NCBI GenBank assembly: GCA_965285935.1
Contig: OZ260667.1
Coordinates: forward strand, 27,652,001 to 27,716,000
Source of the DNA: Ophelia neglecta
Lineage: Eukaryota
Direction: 5' to 3'
DNA length: 64,000 nucleotides
A program made the position numbers and the translations under genes. Below the pieces are notes generated by a model, which saw only the letters and a program-made list of their open reading frames with translations, ran no database searches and was not told where the DNA came from. This document shows positions 42,220 through 55,589 of this stretch, piece by piece; position 1 is the stretch's first letter; each line of letters starts with the position of its first letter.

Positions 42220-42560
42220 CAAAATGGCAGTCTCTTTCCCAGTCGGACCTATTGAACGTTTGGTGGAGGCGGCACTGCGGGTCAAAGGAACAAGACCCTG
42301 AATGCAAAGACGTGATTGATGTTCGGCCAATGAGAAGGCAATAAATGCTTTTCTCATGTTCGCTGCCCAGGAAATGGGCAGTTTTCTAAACTCGACAAGC
42401 ATCCCTCTTGACGAGACATTAATAGGTTCTGTAAGACCTGTTTTCTATATGGCAATGGCTGTAAACTCATGTGAAAACCTATCAAGTCAGCTGCAGGTGG
42501 CTGGCTGTGTATCAGAGATTTGTGTTCCACTTTCCAGGACGCCGACAATGCAGAAATAAT
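42220..42560 (+). pseudogene. Possible decayed transposon coding relic (Academ-like, region downstream of the XPG-like domain)
   Basis: Frame-hopping translation IERLV...KDVIDVR...FSKLDK.P...TLIGSVRPVFYMAMAVNSC...GGW...VPL loosely follows the pattern E.FV..LY...VN..R...LPPT..AL..H..RA.YQ...W...GW...P. Confidence 0.25.
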
Positions 42561-44510
42561 GACAGACAAAATGGATGACACTTGTCTCCAACCCAGTCTG
42601 AGAGTGCAAAATCAGAATAGACCCTACATATATAGCTAATCCAAATATATCGTTTGAATAAACCATGTTGATACTGAATTCGATGATGACTATTTTATTT
42701 GAGAGGAAAGAAGTGAGCACATAGGATACTGTTTGGTAAAACCAACTGTCTACTATATATCCGTAAATGTGCGTTAGAAACACAATAATATTGATTTAAA
42801 GATTCCCTAAATCAATGATGGGTCATTAACCCATACTAACCCCTTAAATATTAAGTTTATTTAGAAAAGTATAAAGAGACTACGCGTAAATTTATATTTA
42901 CTTCATGCCGCTTAAACTACTTACAGGAAGACTGACCCCCCCCCCCCCCCCGCCCTATACACGGCTACCACAAATTGGTTTTTCTTGCTTGTCTGTAACC
43001 GAGGAAGGCCGAACCCGCGCCATAGGTCAATACGAATACAAGAGCCGGCACCATCATCGACAAAATCCGGTCGACATTTAACATAATATTGACGTTTGGT
43101 CTTTCTGCTGGTGAATATCGGGCGGCACTTACAGAAGCCAATTGACGACAGTAGTGAGAACAGGTTCTTTTATCTTTTATTTCCTGTTCGGATGCTTCTT
43201 TGAAATGCTCAGAATCAATGGTATTTTATGATGTCGCACATATTTCTCTTCCGCCTGTCTTCAAAGAGATTCTACAACATTCGAGGTCATCACAGAAAGA
43301 AAAAATAATGGAAAAGCCCAACAACGGGGAAAAATACGAGCCAATTTAGGCGTTCACTTGATTTGTTGGATTCATTTCACATGCCACGAGCTCTAGCTAT
43401 TGTGTTTTTATGGGCAACCCCAACAATGTGCACGTGTTATGAAAATAAACCAATTTATAGAATAACCATGTGCGCAGAAATACTAGTGGAGAAAACGTTA
43501 ATTTTACTAATCTTCCTTTTAATAACCCAGAATATTTTTAAAGATGCCGGCTTTAAAAATCAACAAATCAAATCAACTATCAACTGTGCAAAGGTGAAAA
43601 AAGGGTAGGGCCTACATCCGATATATTATTTCAATGCGCACCAAGAATTAAGGTCAAACTCTCATCAATAAACGGTGATTGATATTAAAATGTTAACAAA
43701 CAAACAAAATCAGACGCATAGCTATTCAGATAATATTTCATAGGCAATGCCCTTAAAGTATAAGTAAATGTACACAAAGAACTCCCGGAAATAAACAAAA
43801 CTTGAAAATGCTATTTGTCTATGAAACAAGTTTAACATTTAAAAATACACATTTTCTAAATATGATAATATCGGAAATCTAAATTCGGTAAAATGCCAAT
43901 ATTTGGCTCAAAAAACGTGTGTTAGAAGTCCCGTTAAATCTGGGGAATAGATCCCCTTGAACAGCCGAGTTCAACAACCAGTTTTTAAGGCTTTCTTCTG
44001 ACACAGACATTTGATACAACAAACGACAATATTATTGGAAAATGCTTTAACACTACTCTTGTTGTGCCAAGACTGGAAGAGCTCGAAGGATCTGATTATA
44101 TAGAAGGCGGTAAACAGCGCCAGTATCCAGGAAGCATGGCTATATAGCCCCACCATTCTCATCAATAGAAACGCATGCCAGTAACAGTAAATATTATAGT
44201 CTGTTTGAGCCGATATATCAAGCGCCATGCTATTTAACACGGCCGGATGAGTAGAATGAAGTGAAACAATACGAAACTATAATTATTGACTAACATAGCT
44301 TATTTGTAGCTCCACGTGACTCAGTAGTACACAGACTGTCATTCGCGATCATGTTTACACTCTAAGTCGCATTGAAAGGTTTGGAAAGACACGCGGGAAA
44401 TATAAAATAACCGGAAGCAACACCTGGGTCAATGTGAAAGGCCTAAACGAGCTGGAAGATTCCCTTGTTTGAAAATATTACGGCCACAAAAATGGACATG
44501 GTGTGCTTAC

Positions 44511-44550
44511 CGTATCCAGAGTCCTTTTTCTGTAGTTTGTTCTTCGACAT
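44511..44550 (-). CDS. Candidate first coding exon (MSKNKLQKKDSGY + G, phase 1)
   Basis: accATG TCG AAG AAC AAA CTA CAG AAA AAG GAC TCT GGA TAC G|GTAAGC, 40 nt, with ACC Kozak context. A CpG-richer, promoter-like stretch lies upstream (about 44560-44850). It can splice in frame to the 39-nt exon. Confidence 0.5.
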
Positions 44551-47260
44551 GGTACATTCCTGAGGTCGGTCACAAACGGAAAATACAAACTAAGTCTACC
44601 AAACCAAAACGTCGAAGCAAGTGTACCCGATCTGAGTTGACGTACACCGTTTGCTGTGCTTCATGTATAATTCAAATTCCAATCAATCAAAGTTTGATGA
44701 GCGCCGATGCATGTCGCCGCCTAGTGTACACTGAGCGCACTGTCACATGAAGAAAGGCCAGCCCGGAATTGGATTATATCTGGGCGTATCGATTGCACTA
44801 TGTTAAGCGCCCGGGGCCGCTATAGACAAATTCCTGCGGGCAGTTCCTGCTGGGATTTACTTTTCGTGTTTTGTTTTGTCGTCGGTCTTGTTATTGAACA
44901 TTTCCAGGACTAGTTATTGTTTGGCAGATGCAGAACACCAATTGGTCTTTAAATAAAACGAGCAGTTTTAGCCACTTTTAGCTCAGATAAATATTCACGA
45001 TAGCAGCTTGTAAATTTATTGGAAGAACAAAGGGGTAGCCACTCACATTGGAAGAAATAATACCCTCCAGTGGAGAATGCCATGGGCATTGTCCAGGGAT
45101 TCGGTATCTAGGACGTATTAAGCTTGGTACCCGGCAAAATCGACCTAGAGTCGAGCCGTTTGCCTGCTTCTGTTTACCACCAACCCAACACTATGTACGC
45201 CGTTGTCATGGAAACATCGATTGCACGGCCTGTGCCAAGGTTGGTCACTACGGTGCTCATACCGTTCATTTCTTGATCAACATCGAAATGACATGTAAAT
45301 GTGAAAACCATATTTAGCTTCTGATAATGGCGGCTGCGTCGATAAAAGCTTCTAGGGGCCAGGCCGCTCACAGTGTTAGGGATTTACACATGTCAGAATC
45401 ACAGTCAGAATCACATTGCGCAGAAACATGCCGCCCGTGGTACAAACTGTACACTGGCCCTTTTATGTACGCATTGTTGTCGAGCGGCAATTGGGAACAT
45501 AATTATCAAATAAATCCATAAAAGATCAAATGACTTCTTTCAGAATAGTGGAAATTGACCGTAGCCACATGTACTTGCTTTGTACATAGAATGAAATAAA
45601 TGTCTACAACTATGTTTATGCTCCTACATTCTTTGGTGAGTTTTATCCTATTCTATCAACTTGATTCAATTCGGTCAACGAAAATTGTTCTGAGAGGCTA
45701 TCATTGAATTTTTAAACTCTCCTAGAAGCCATGACATAATCAGATACATGTCAGTTCCGCTGGCTGTTATGGCAAACAGATAATACGGAGACTCCAAATA
45801 TGGCATTTCCTCTTCTATTCCTGGCAGTCAAAAATAATTTCATTAACCAATGGTAAAATCCTTATATTTGATAGGCTTAGATATCATCTAGATTCCCCTA
45901 CTTTCACGCCGGTCGCTAGTTTTGCAGACTATTCACCGAGGGGAAATATTTTTTGCAACTAACACATGGTTACCACTGTAAGCTAGCAATAAGTAGGCCT
46001 TTATAATAGGCTAAATATGCAGTTGAATCAAAAACCGCGACTGCATAACAAAATTTAGTGAGCAATGACTTATCTACTTTTTTTCCTTTTTTTTCTAAGA
46101 GGACATTGATACTTTCATTAAACATGTGATAAATAGATATGATGGCATGACACTATTTCTAACTTTCTACTTCGAAGACAGTGGAATACAGAAACAGGGT
46201 AATCGTATTTTCACTAGATCAATTCCATGTTTGTATAATAAAATTATGGTCACGGTCGCCACCATACATGTTGGTCGCTGACTTCTTCCGTCAAATTTCA
46301 CATTTTGGCAAAATCATCGAACAATTAATTTCATGTAATATAATATATTACCGGTAACCGATTAAATCAGGTTTTGAGACAGACAGACATCGCTTATGCA
46401 GATTGTGAACATCTCTGAACTTGTTTCAACCAGAGAGTTCCATGCACTTAAATAACAAATTTGTTGTAGTAAGTACACATTCACAACCTTATGTCATACA
46501 CTAAAAATCCGTTTTATACATACATTGTTCTTATGATAATGGTTATACGTGTATCTTTAGACCAATGAGAATTGCACCCCTATTCGGGTATATACCCTCT
46601 TTATAGTTTAATTTCGATATATGTGAATTTGGACAGTGCATATGTCAGCTATTCAATAAAATTGAAGAACAGTGTAAGTAGTAGCAGCAGTAGTGGTAAA
46701 AAAGAAATGCATGAAGAAAACTACGGCAGCATAGTAGTTGGGATGTTAAAACAAAAGGACCATTTTAAAAAAGAAGAGTTAAATCGTGTCATCTTTTGCA
46801 TAAATCTACAACACGAGTAGTGTTATGGTTTCATGTTCAATATCTGAGCCACATTCAATCAGAAGCAGATCGGCTTGCGGAGTTCACCAGACAATGCTTT
46901 CCTCGTTACTTTTACTACTCAAGTAGAATCGAAAGTAGTAGGCCGAACAAGAAACTCAGTGCATGCTGTTCTATACATATAATGTTCACCATTTAGGTAA
47001 TAGTCGATATAATGGTGTCTACACAAATGATATAACAAGTCAAACTCTTTTTTCATTTTGATGTCTTAGTGTGATCCTAATAATCTTTTGTTATTTCAAC
47101 AATCGATTACACGCATATTCGGAGTTTTATTTACTAATATATGCTGTCAAATACTTCCACATTGTGTCAATTATGGAGCTATTTGATGTCATCTCTGATA
47201 TCCATTTGTTGTAGACCGACTGATCATTATGTGCCCCCTGTTTAATCGACCAACACTTGG

Positions 47261-47421
47261 TGTCACGAGACGGTATAATACTCTTTAAAGTCACACACAG
47301 TCCAGCTTAACTTCGGTAAACTTTATTCCAATCTGTTCATGTCACTACTTCAACTACTAATCGCCTTTAACCTAGTGTCGATACCAAAACACGGATATAT
47401 ATAATCAACGGATCCGTGACA
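47261..47421 (-). mobile_element. Solo LTR, 161 bp
   Basis: Inverted termini TGTCACG..CGTGACA. Perfect 5-bp TSD CTTGG (47256-47260, 47422-47426). TTTATT inside reads AATAAA on the minus strand. Confidence 0.8.
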
Positions 47422-47842
47422 CTTGGGTAATATTAGTCCCACCGTATTCAGTGCTCAGGTGGTCGTATCATGTGGCATTCAAACATGTATTAGCAACAAA
47501 ACTTCAACAACTCCAATTAAAACCCTTCTAGTTTGATGGTCTCAAATAGAAGCTAGGTTAGCGCCTAATTGATATACAGTACATGACTATTAACATGCTG
47601 GTTGCCTTTACAATATCTTGTCACACGCCTTGCCAAGTGAAAAACAATACGAGTACGAGGCGCCAATGTTTTGAAAGGGCAAGCGAGACAATACATGCAA
47701 TAATTATACGACTGGCAAAAGATAATAGATATTATTGAAATTAAATGTGATAATATTCTATAATATCGGAACTTGATGTTGGCTACTTATGACTGCAAAT
47801 GATATCAAGTATTCTTTTTTTACTTTTTCTTTCATTAAATGC

Positions 47843-48160
47843 TGTGACGTGATCAGAGGGACATGTGATGAGGTCATGGGCAGTTTGTTCTCAGAAAGAA
47901 GGGTGATACGATCATAGACTGGTGAGATGTGATCATATGGCTTGCTGATGAGGTCTCAGGCGCGCAGACATTAAAAGTTTACCTACTGCTGGGGTGTTAG
48001 GGTAGGTATTTGTGGGCGTGACGCTGGTGGTTCCTGATGATCTAAGACCGATTTAATAAACTATTCCTGCTTAGTGATTTTGTTTTGTCTGACTGTCTTC
48101 CAGTCTCGTTTTGTCTTTTATAACTGTGCCAAGCATCTCCGAGTTTGAACATCTGTTACA
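47843..48160 (+). mobile_element. Possible solo LTR, 318 bp
   Basis: TGTGAC..GTTACA termini and an internal AATAAA (~48055) followed by a T/GT-rich tract. GC-richer than its flanks. TSD matches only 3/5 (aatgc/tatgt). Confidence 0.5.
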
Positions 48161-51100
48161 TATGTGTAGGGAAGAACTTGAACATATCCTCGGAGACGTA
48201 TGTGTCTACTTATAGGTAATACAAGTAAAAATATCGTACAGTAATATCGACGAACAAATGGAGGCATGCTAATTTTATTAACACGTGGAAGGTCTGACTT
48301 ATTTGACTTCTACCAAACCTGCAAAGGCATATCTGCAAGAGCCGGTGCTAATGGCTCAACTCTTACGCTCATTCGATTTGGCAAATGCTACAGTTTATAA
48401 CCAATGCATGGAATGATAATACGACAGGTTAAAGATGAAAAATACGATTGAATCTATTGCGATTGAGATCTATACTGTCAGGTGGACTTGTGTTCAGTAA
48501 CAAGTCTATCCGTCGATAAATACTAAAGTATTTAAGGAGCGGAATAGATTGTCACCAAGTCTAATATTTCTGGAAGCTTACACTTCACTTTGTACACTGG
48601 GTGCCGAGATATCGCTTGCTGCACACTTGCTAATGGGGCATCAGGTGCCATTTGCAATATTTTGTCAATGACAGGTGTCGGGGAAGCGTCCTTGATGAAG
48701 ACATAGCCCAAAGGACCAGAAAGTGAATATTTGTGACCATAATGCATCTGTCATGTGTTGCCATAAAGCTGATAATTAAGTAAACAGTTTTAAGCGGAAT
48801 GAATCTGCATAGAAAGCAAGCCATTCTGCTGTGAAGGCGTTTTGTTTTTCAACTCCCAGTGGATCTTTTTTTGTGCTCTGAATCCCATCATGGAAAATTT
48901 GTATTTCTACTTTTAATTGCAACTGGAATCATTTTATTTTTTCATATTCATATTTACAACTTTATGTACAGTTTGCGAGCTGGGGATTTATGTATAATTA
49001 TGGAATTGATTTGTTTCGTTTGACGGGTGTGCACGCACGGTCTTTAAAGAAAACCCAGAGAAGAAAGTTAACTATATTACGTACACAGAGTATTTGTTTT
49101 TTTTGTAAGATGTTAAACAAGTTATCTCTACCCGAGTATGCCATTCAAGTCAATCATTTGACTCAATATTGCTGAGCATGTTTTCCTTGGACTTAAAAGT
49201 CACATCCTGCATTTTTCTGTACAAATTCTCTATTAAGGTTGTCAAAAAATCAATTAATTGGTCTAGCTTATGTGAAAGAAAATCTATCTTTAAAATGTCA
49301 CTTTGAGATCTAATGATGATTGCTTAACTAACAAATCTTATGTAAGGCATATAAATGCACAGCTTTCTGGAATAAATATGCTGTGTACTAATATTTTAGT
49401 AATGTACATTACATATCTAGCACATTATTCACTTGTTATGAGGGTTACCACTTTTCTCTTACTTGTTGTATACATTAGATATGAATGTAGAATGTTCGTT
49501 TGTCATGTCTGTAAAAGGGAAAGGTTATCACAAATACAGTACATTATTTGCATTTAACTAAAATTAGCTGCGAGAAATCATACTTTTACGCTTAGTTGAT
49601 CTGCTTGGAATGATTATACGTTTATGTATTATATTGGCACAAAGTACATTCAATTCAATCAACCAAAACAAAAAAGCCTCTGAAAATAAACTCTAGTTTT
49701 CAGCCTCCTCTCTCCCCGTCTTGGGATGATGAAGGTCACCAAGACCGCAATCGCGATGCGGATGCTAAATACCATACCGAACCAGTTTGCCCTTGCCCTC
49801 TAGACAGTATCTCACTGGGTTTTGATATGAAAGGAGCGCCTTTCATACTATATTTCTATTAGTCCTTATATCAATATAATAACATTAAGGTAAAAAAGAT
49901 ATGTTTAACGGTGAAATACTTAAAAGGGAAGCATGACATTCGATGTCATTTCATTAATTGCACATTCTCCGTCAAGCGTTACCAAAGAGACGCTTGCATC
50001 GGAGACGATGATGAATAATTCAAACATTAAGCGATAACTATGATATAGAGAATCATCGCAAGGGGATACTAATCCGATTAGGACTGTATACCATTAACGG
50101 GACCAAACAAGAGCCGCCTATATCCCTTTATTTATTTTTGTATCAAAAGCTATGTTTCTCGAGTATCCCACGAAACAAAAGTAAGGCAATAACCGGTCAA
50201 CAAATAAAGATGGATGAGCTAGAATAATCCTTGGAATATGTTTTTTTAAGAACAAATTAACATTTTGTTTACATATTCACCTAATTATTGGGTGAAAAAT
50301 AAATCGAGGTTTATTTTGAAACGATATTTAATATATGATTTATTTGTAAAACGAGTGAATGTAACTTGAACACCTTTATTTCTTCACTCCTCGAATATTC
50401 CAAATATTATGAAATGATTATAAAATCCAAATTAACTGATGAAAGCGTTAACATTGGAATAAAAACACCATTACTAATATCAGATTAAGTAAGTGTGACA
50501 ATAATAATTATGATTTCGATATAAGATTAGATATTTTCTTTGTTTTTTTTGGCAATCAACCTGTTCCATTTTTGTCAAATACATAATTTACAATGTAGCA
50601 TTTATTATGTCATAATCATGTATTTAAATGGTATTGTTCTACGTGTCATTTTGATGTTTTTGATTGTTTACTTTTTTTGACCTCCTATATTTTATTTGTA
50701 TTAATAACAGTCTTCATCAGTATAGTCGTAAAGTCATTTATTACCGGATCGAGATTGATCAAGACTACAAGTTACACATTGATGCTTCTTGTTCGTGAAT
50801 TGAATCCGCTATGCTCCAGTTGAAGGTAGTTGACAAGCGGTGGTTGTTGTCTCTATCGAGTCATTGGCAAGGTCGTAATTAGTGAAACTCATAGGCAATA
50901 TTTATGCGTAAGCAGACAATAACAAGTATTCGATTTACCGGATTTCACTGTACTTCACTTAGCTGTTTATAAGCTTAAGCAATGATGGCCTTTGGTATAA
51001 ATTCCGCAAAGCAGGGACACTTAATGGACACTAAACGGACACCGAACTAACCCCCGTCTGAATGAAAATAGCTCTTTAATTATTAATCAAACAACAATGT

Positions 51101-51728
51101 GTGCATTTTGGGAGAAACTGACGCTACTTTGATACTAAATTCAACGCTATAACATAATACTTAGTTAAGCAAACTGTTCAGCAGATCAATTATTTACATA
51201 TCCAGAGCCATATGCATAAGGAGGGACACCCACTGTAAAGCGCACATGGTTATAGCTTATTAACAAAACGGGACGGATACCTGATAGACAAAGTAAATTC
51301 TTTAGACACTAACAAACCCATTAAATCGGAACACCATCAAACGAACGTGTATATAGATAATGCAGAATGGGTTACTTCATGGACAAACCTCAATTTCAGT
51401 ACTTTGTTCAACCCTAACGACCCCAAAAGCAAATAATCGGTTGAATTCTGCGATCTGTGTAGTATATGGGCAGAGTTTTTAAAACATGGCATTGGACTTC
51501 TTCACCCGGAATCCCTCACTTTCGCCATAAAGGCAAACCTTGGGCTACAATTCCCCATGAAGATGATGTCGTGTCACGTTCGATCGGCACAAGCTTTGCT
51601 TTATTTCATTGTGTTGACCTGGAGTTGTTATTTGGTGAGTGCTGCATTACGGTTGCCGATCCCTTGGAGACCTTACTGGTTTATTTTCGCTGATAGGATT
51701 GGTAATATCTGCCAGTGCCTAAGCTGGT

Positions 51729-51953
51729 GGCTTTGTGTTAACGGCAAAAGCGAAATCTTCGGCGAAAGATGCGTGGCCTCTTAAATTGAGCTAATATGAA
51801 CACAATTTTAACCATATCCTTACCCATGTATATCAAAAACAAAATTGAGATGTCTAGGTAAGGGTTGGGTTATAAAATAACTGATATTTTAGATCATTGT
51901 GTCACCAATGCTGCTTTCGCCACAGCTTTCGCTTTCGCCGTTAACACAAAACC
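51729..51953 (+). mobile_element. MITE family A, copy 1 (GGC termini, ~8-bp TSD; Merlin- or Mutator-like)
   Basis: TIR GGCTTTGTGTTAACGGC(G/A)AAAGCGAAA. Flanks AAGCTGGT / AAGCCGGT (7/8). Confidence 0.85.
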
Positions 51954-53347
51954 AAGCCGGTTGTTGACTAGACACAATTCTGATTTTTTAATAATTGATT
52001 ACAGATACCACTGTGTTTTCATATACTAGCAGTGGTATTTTACTATTTTCTAAGATGTAATGAGAGTTAATATGTGTACATTTATATGAAGAACATAAGC
52101 TTGATTTATGGCCATAAATTAAAAGAACAGATGCACGGCAGATATTGCATATTCCTTATTGAGAACCCGCATATTAAGTAGGTCTTAACTGCATGCCCAC
52201 AAACAGCAATTTCCACTTTCCTACCTGTATTTAGCTTGTACCGGAAAAGATAATTAACAGAATAAATGAAAATACTTGTTAAGAGGAGTAATCAACCGTT
52301 TTCCGTGGTTTAAGTCAGAACACACAATAAAAACAATTCGGTTTTGAATATGATATCGTTTAATTTATTCCCAGGTAAAACTAACGTTTCATGTACATTC
52401 TACGTATCAAAAACTATTTCTCACAAAAGGGTCTTAGGCCAGAACAAAACATTGTTGTCACTTTGTTGTGTATCTTGCATTTAAATAAGGCATATCTCAA
52501 TTTTCACGAAATTTTGGGGGTTTCACCCCTTTACGAACTTTACGAACATGTAACATTGCGGATCGATAAAAGCAGCATGTTGCAAACGCTATTACATAGT
52601 GTAAGACGAAGGACTCTGCCCACGGTTTTATACATTAATATCTCATAATAGATTTGAATGGCAAATTATATGTTATTCAAATACACCAAAAGCTAATCAT
52701 CATCCTTCAGGTAATTGTGAGCGTGATGGTTATCGTCAATGGCCAGAACTTTCTTATTTATTTTTAGAAGGCCCCAAAGCTACATAGTTTATAATATATT
52801 TAATATATATAATATATATATTTCTCCTGTAAAAATATCAGACAAGACTTGATTTTTCTGATGGTGTCCTAAAACACTCTGCCTCACATAATAAACACAT
52901 TTTCTAACTACTTTCTTGCGAAATTAGAAGAGTTCTTTAGAAATATATTTTAATTAAGATTGCAATTGCAATTGAATGAACGTTCAGCACGGATCAAGTT
53001 GCTACATCATCATGAGAGTAAACTGACCTCAAGGTCAATGAGATCGACAGCACAGTTTTACAACGGTTAAAATGCGGCAGATCATTCGGGTGCATACGAT
53101 CGACTCGCGCCTAACACAACGCACAACTCCTTTCGTGATAAATTATAAATCATCAAATAGTTATAATACAGAAAGACTCCTGTGGGCGCCATACTGTTCG
53201 CAGTGTCTGGACTAAACCTACCAACGCATGAACACCAACTGGTGGCAGTTTACAGTGGGTGGGAGCGTTTCAGTTGATAAAATCAATAGGAGATTGATAA
53301 CACTTGCCCGTGGTAAATAGCGCACAATATTGATTGCGGATTTACAA

Positions 53348-53512
53348 ATGTCATCAACAGATATAAACGAACTTGGACAAACCCCGGAAATTAAAAAAAC
53401 AACTAGCTTCAAGAAACCAGGAGCATGAGCCACTGATGCATTCGAAAATGACAATGAATTAGATCACAAGAACACCAACATAGAAATTCGAATCAACACA
53501 TATCAAAGAAAG
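53348..53512 (+). other. Exon-like segment from ATG to AAG|GTAAGT, containing one in-frame TGA
   Basis: MSSTDINELGQTPEIKKTTSFKKPGA*ATDAFENDNELDHKNTNIEIRINTYQRK, followed by a perfect donor at 53513. Confidence 0.2.
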
Positions 53513-55109
53513 GTAAGTTGCACCTTATTACGCTTGTTTTGCCCATAGATAATTGTCTCGCTTTTAGCAAAATCATAAATGGTCATAATACTGAGAACCC
53601 AAATCCACTTATCTTGACCGTTTGTGTCACAGGGTCATCGCAAATATTTGTATTTTTAAAAATTGGGGAATTCAATTTGCCAAATTCTATTTTTAGCCTT
53701 TAGTAATTGTAGGTTTTCACTACTAAGCATGATAGTATTTAATCCTTCTAAATGTACCTGATAGTTTCCAATGTCCGCAAATATCTTCAAAGTCATGTCA
53801 ACAATCTACGCAAAAGTAAATGTCTTCGGCTTATTACACGCAAGGCCAAGGCAAAGTGAGACACCGTTTGGTGTAAAGGTAAAATTGTATCCCGTCAACC
53901 CGGATGAGCGCCTGACTTATTAGGTAGTTTTACTTTGCCTTAATTGCATTACATTTGATAGGAATGTGTGGCAGATATTTAGTGGTGCTGATATGATTCA
54001 TAAGGAGTTGGGTTATGCCATATCACCATTCAACCTGACTCATTAAAAGAAACCCAATATAAACACTAGCTGGATTACCAATACATTGCCAACACGTTTT
54101 ACAAAAGGATGCAATTATGTCTCCCAGAAGTAGCTTGCAGAAGATAAAAATGCCATATTTAATAGATACCAGCCGGAAACCTTGGTCTTAATTGAGAATA
54201 TTCATGGCGTTTGTAATATCTTAACTTTCCACCTCACAAATCTGCATTGTGTAGACCCTATAATTGTTTACACTTTATGATAAAGTGGGCTTTCAGGAAT
54301 TGATGAATGCATAGGAAATGCTAAATGTTCTAACAAAACCTTACAAAATTAACAGATTTTTCAACAGTAGCATCTAAGTACCAAATACAATATTGCTCCG
54401 GCGTTCACGTAACTGAACTGCTTTAAACAAATAAATAAGACTGAATACATGATATAATGAGTTGTCTCGGAGCATGTTATTGAGGTAGGCCAACCTTAGC
54501 CAACCTAACAATGCACATTTGACCTCAGTGATCGTATTATATATAGTATGGCACACCATTTCACGAACTTGACACCAAGACCGGCCAATATATTGGACCC
54601 TTTATAGTAGTGGTACCCAAAGGAGATCAATGAACACTAAAATGAGCTTTGGAGCTAGCCTTCACACAATATCAAATGCGTGATGTTGTTTTTTACAAGA
54701 AATAAACTAATGGAAAATTGTACAGAATGTTTCAGGCAACATTATGATGTGTAATATATTATCTTGCTCCGTTGTTAATGCAAATAAGTCTCAGCACCAT
54801 TCCAAGTAACAGGAATAAGCCGTGAGGGAGAAGCTGACAGTGCTGATGTACAGGGTGCACTTATAAACGTGTCTTTTGGCATCATTTCTAATTGGCTGTA
54901 AATATATGTGTGTTTTGAAACTTTATATTTAAAAAAAATGAATTTGCATTCCATTAAAATAAAATTCCGATTTTTTAAACCACCTGGACACATACGATGT
55001 TTTAATATGACCTATTGGATAAAAAATAAGTGTAATTTGCGCACAGATAATATAAGTATATATGTATATATATATATATAAATATATGTATATTTACAAT
55101 TTGGTTTGA

Positions 55110-55270
55110 TAATGGGGCCACTGGGGGGGGGGGGGGGTCACAAAATTTGTACCTGAAATTTTGAGGGGTATTTTTATCTTGATTTGCGAAAGTACCGCTA
55201 GCCGCCGCCCCCCTCCCCCCCCCCACCCCCACCCCCCCCCCCCCCTGGCATGAATCATGATCATTCCCTA
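55110..55270. mobile_element. Partial Harbinger-type MITE relic with poly-G/poly-C tracts
   Basis: A G-run, an AT-rich core, long C-runs and a ..atcattCCCTAA end. Same architecture as the 24995 element, but the left TIR is missing. A TA-rich microsatellite adjoins it at about 55055-55093. Confidence 0.4.
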
Positions 55271-55350
55271 ACACCCGCGAATGGTTTGACCCGTTCCGTC
55301 TTGTAATAATAATATTATATTTTCCGCCTTTTTGCATAGTCCAGCTGGCT

Positions 55351-55589
55351 GGCTTTGTGTTTACGGCGAAAGCGAAAGAAGTTGACCCTCTTAAAATGAG
55401 CTAGCATGAGCACAGTTTTAATGCTACCCTTACCCCCTTATATAAAGAACAAAACCGAGATGCTGGAACGAATGAATCTTTTTATTCGGGGTAATTTTGG
55501 TAAGGGTTGGTTTATAAAATGACGGATATTATAGATTATTGCTCTACCAATGTTGTATTCGCCGCACCTTTCGCTCTTTACACAAAGCC
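55351..55589 (+). mobile_element. MITE family A, copy 2 (diverged, small internal insertion)
   Basis: ggctttgtgtttacggcgaaagcgaaag..acacaaagcc. Flanks AGCTGGCT / GGCTGGTT (6/8). Confidence 0.8.

Noticed and set aside
1134-44550. Naming the putative multi-promoter gene (for example a PKA catalytic subunit)
   Set aside because: Only the architecture (short phase-1 first exons) is similar. No conserved coding exon is in the window, so no symbol is supportable.
48532-48747. Minus-strand ORF containing ILDLVT as a LINE endonuclease relic
   Set aside because: Only one short motif matches and the expected SDH is not clearly present.
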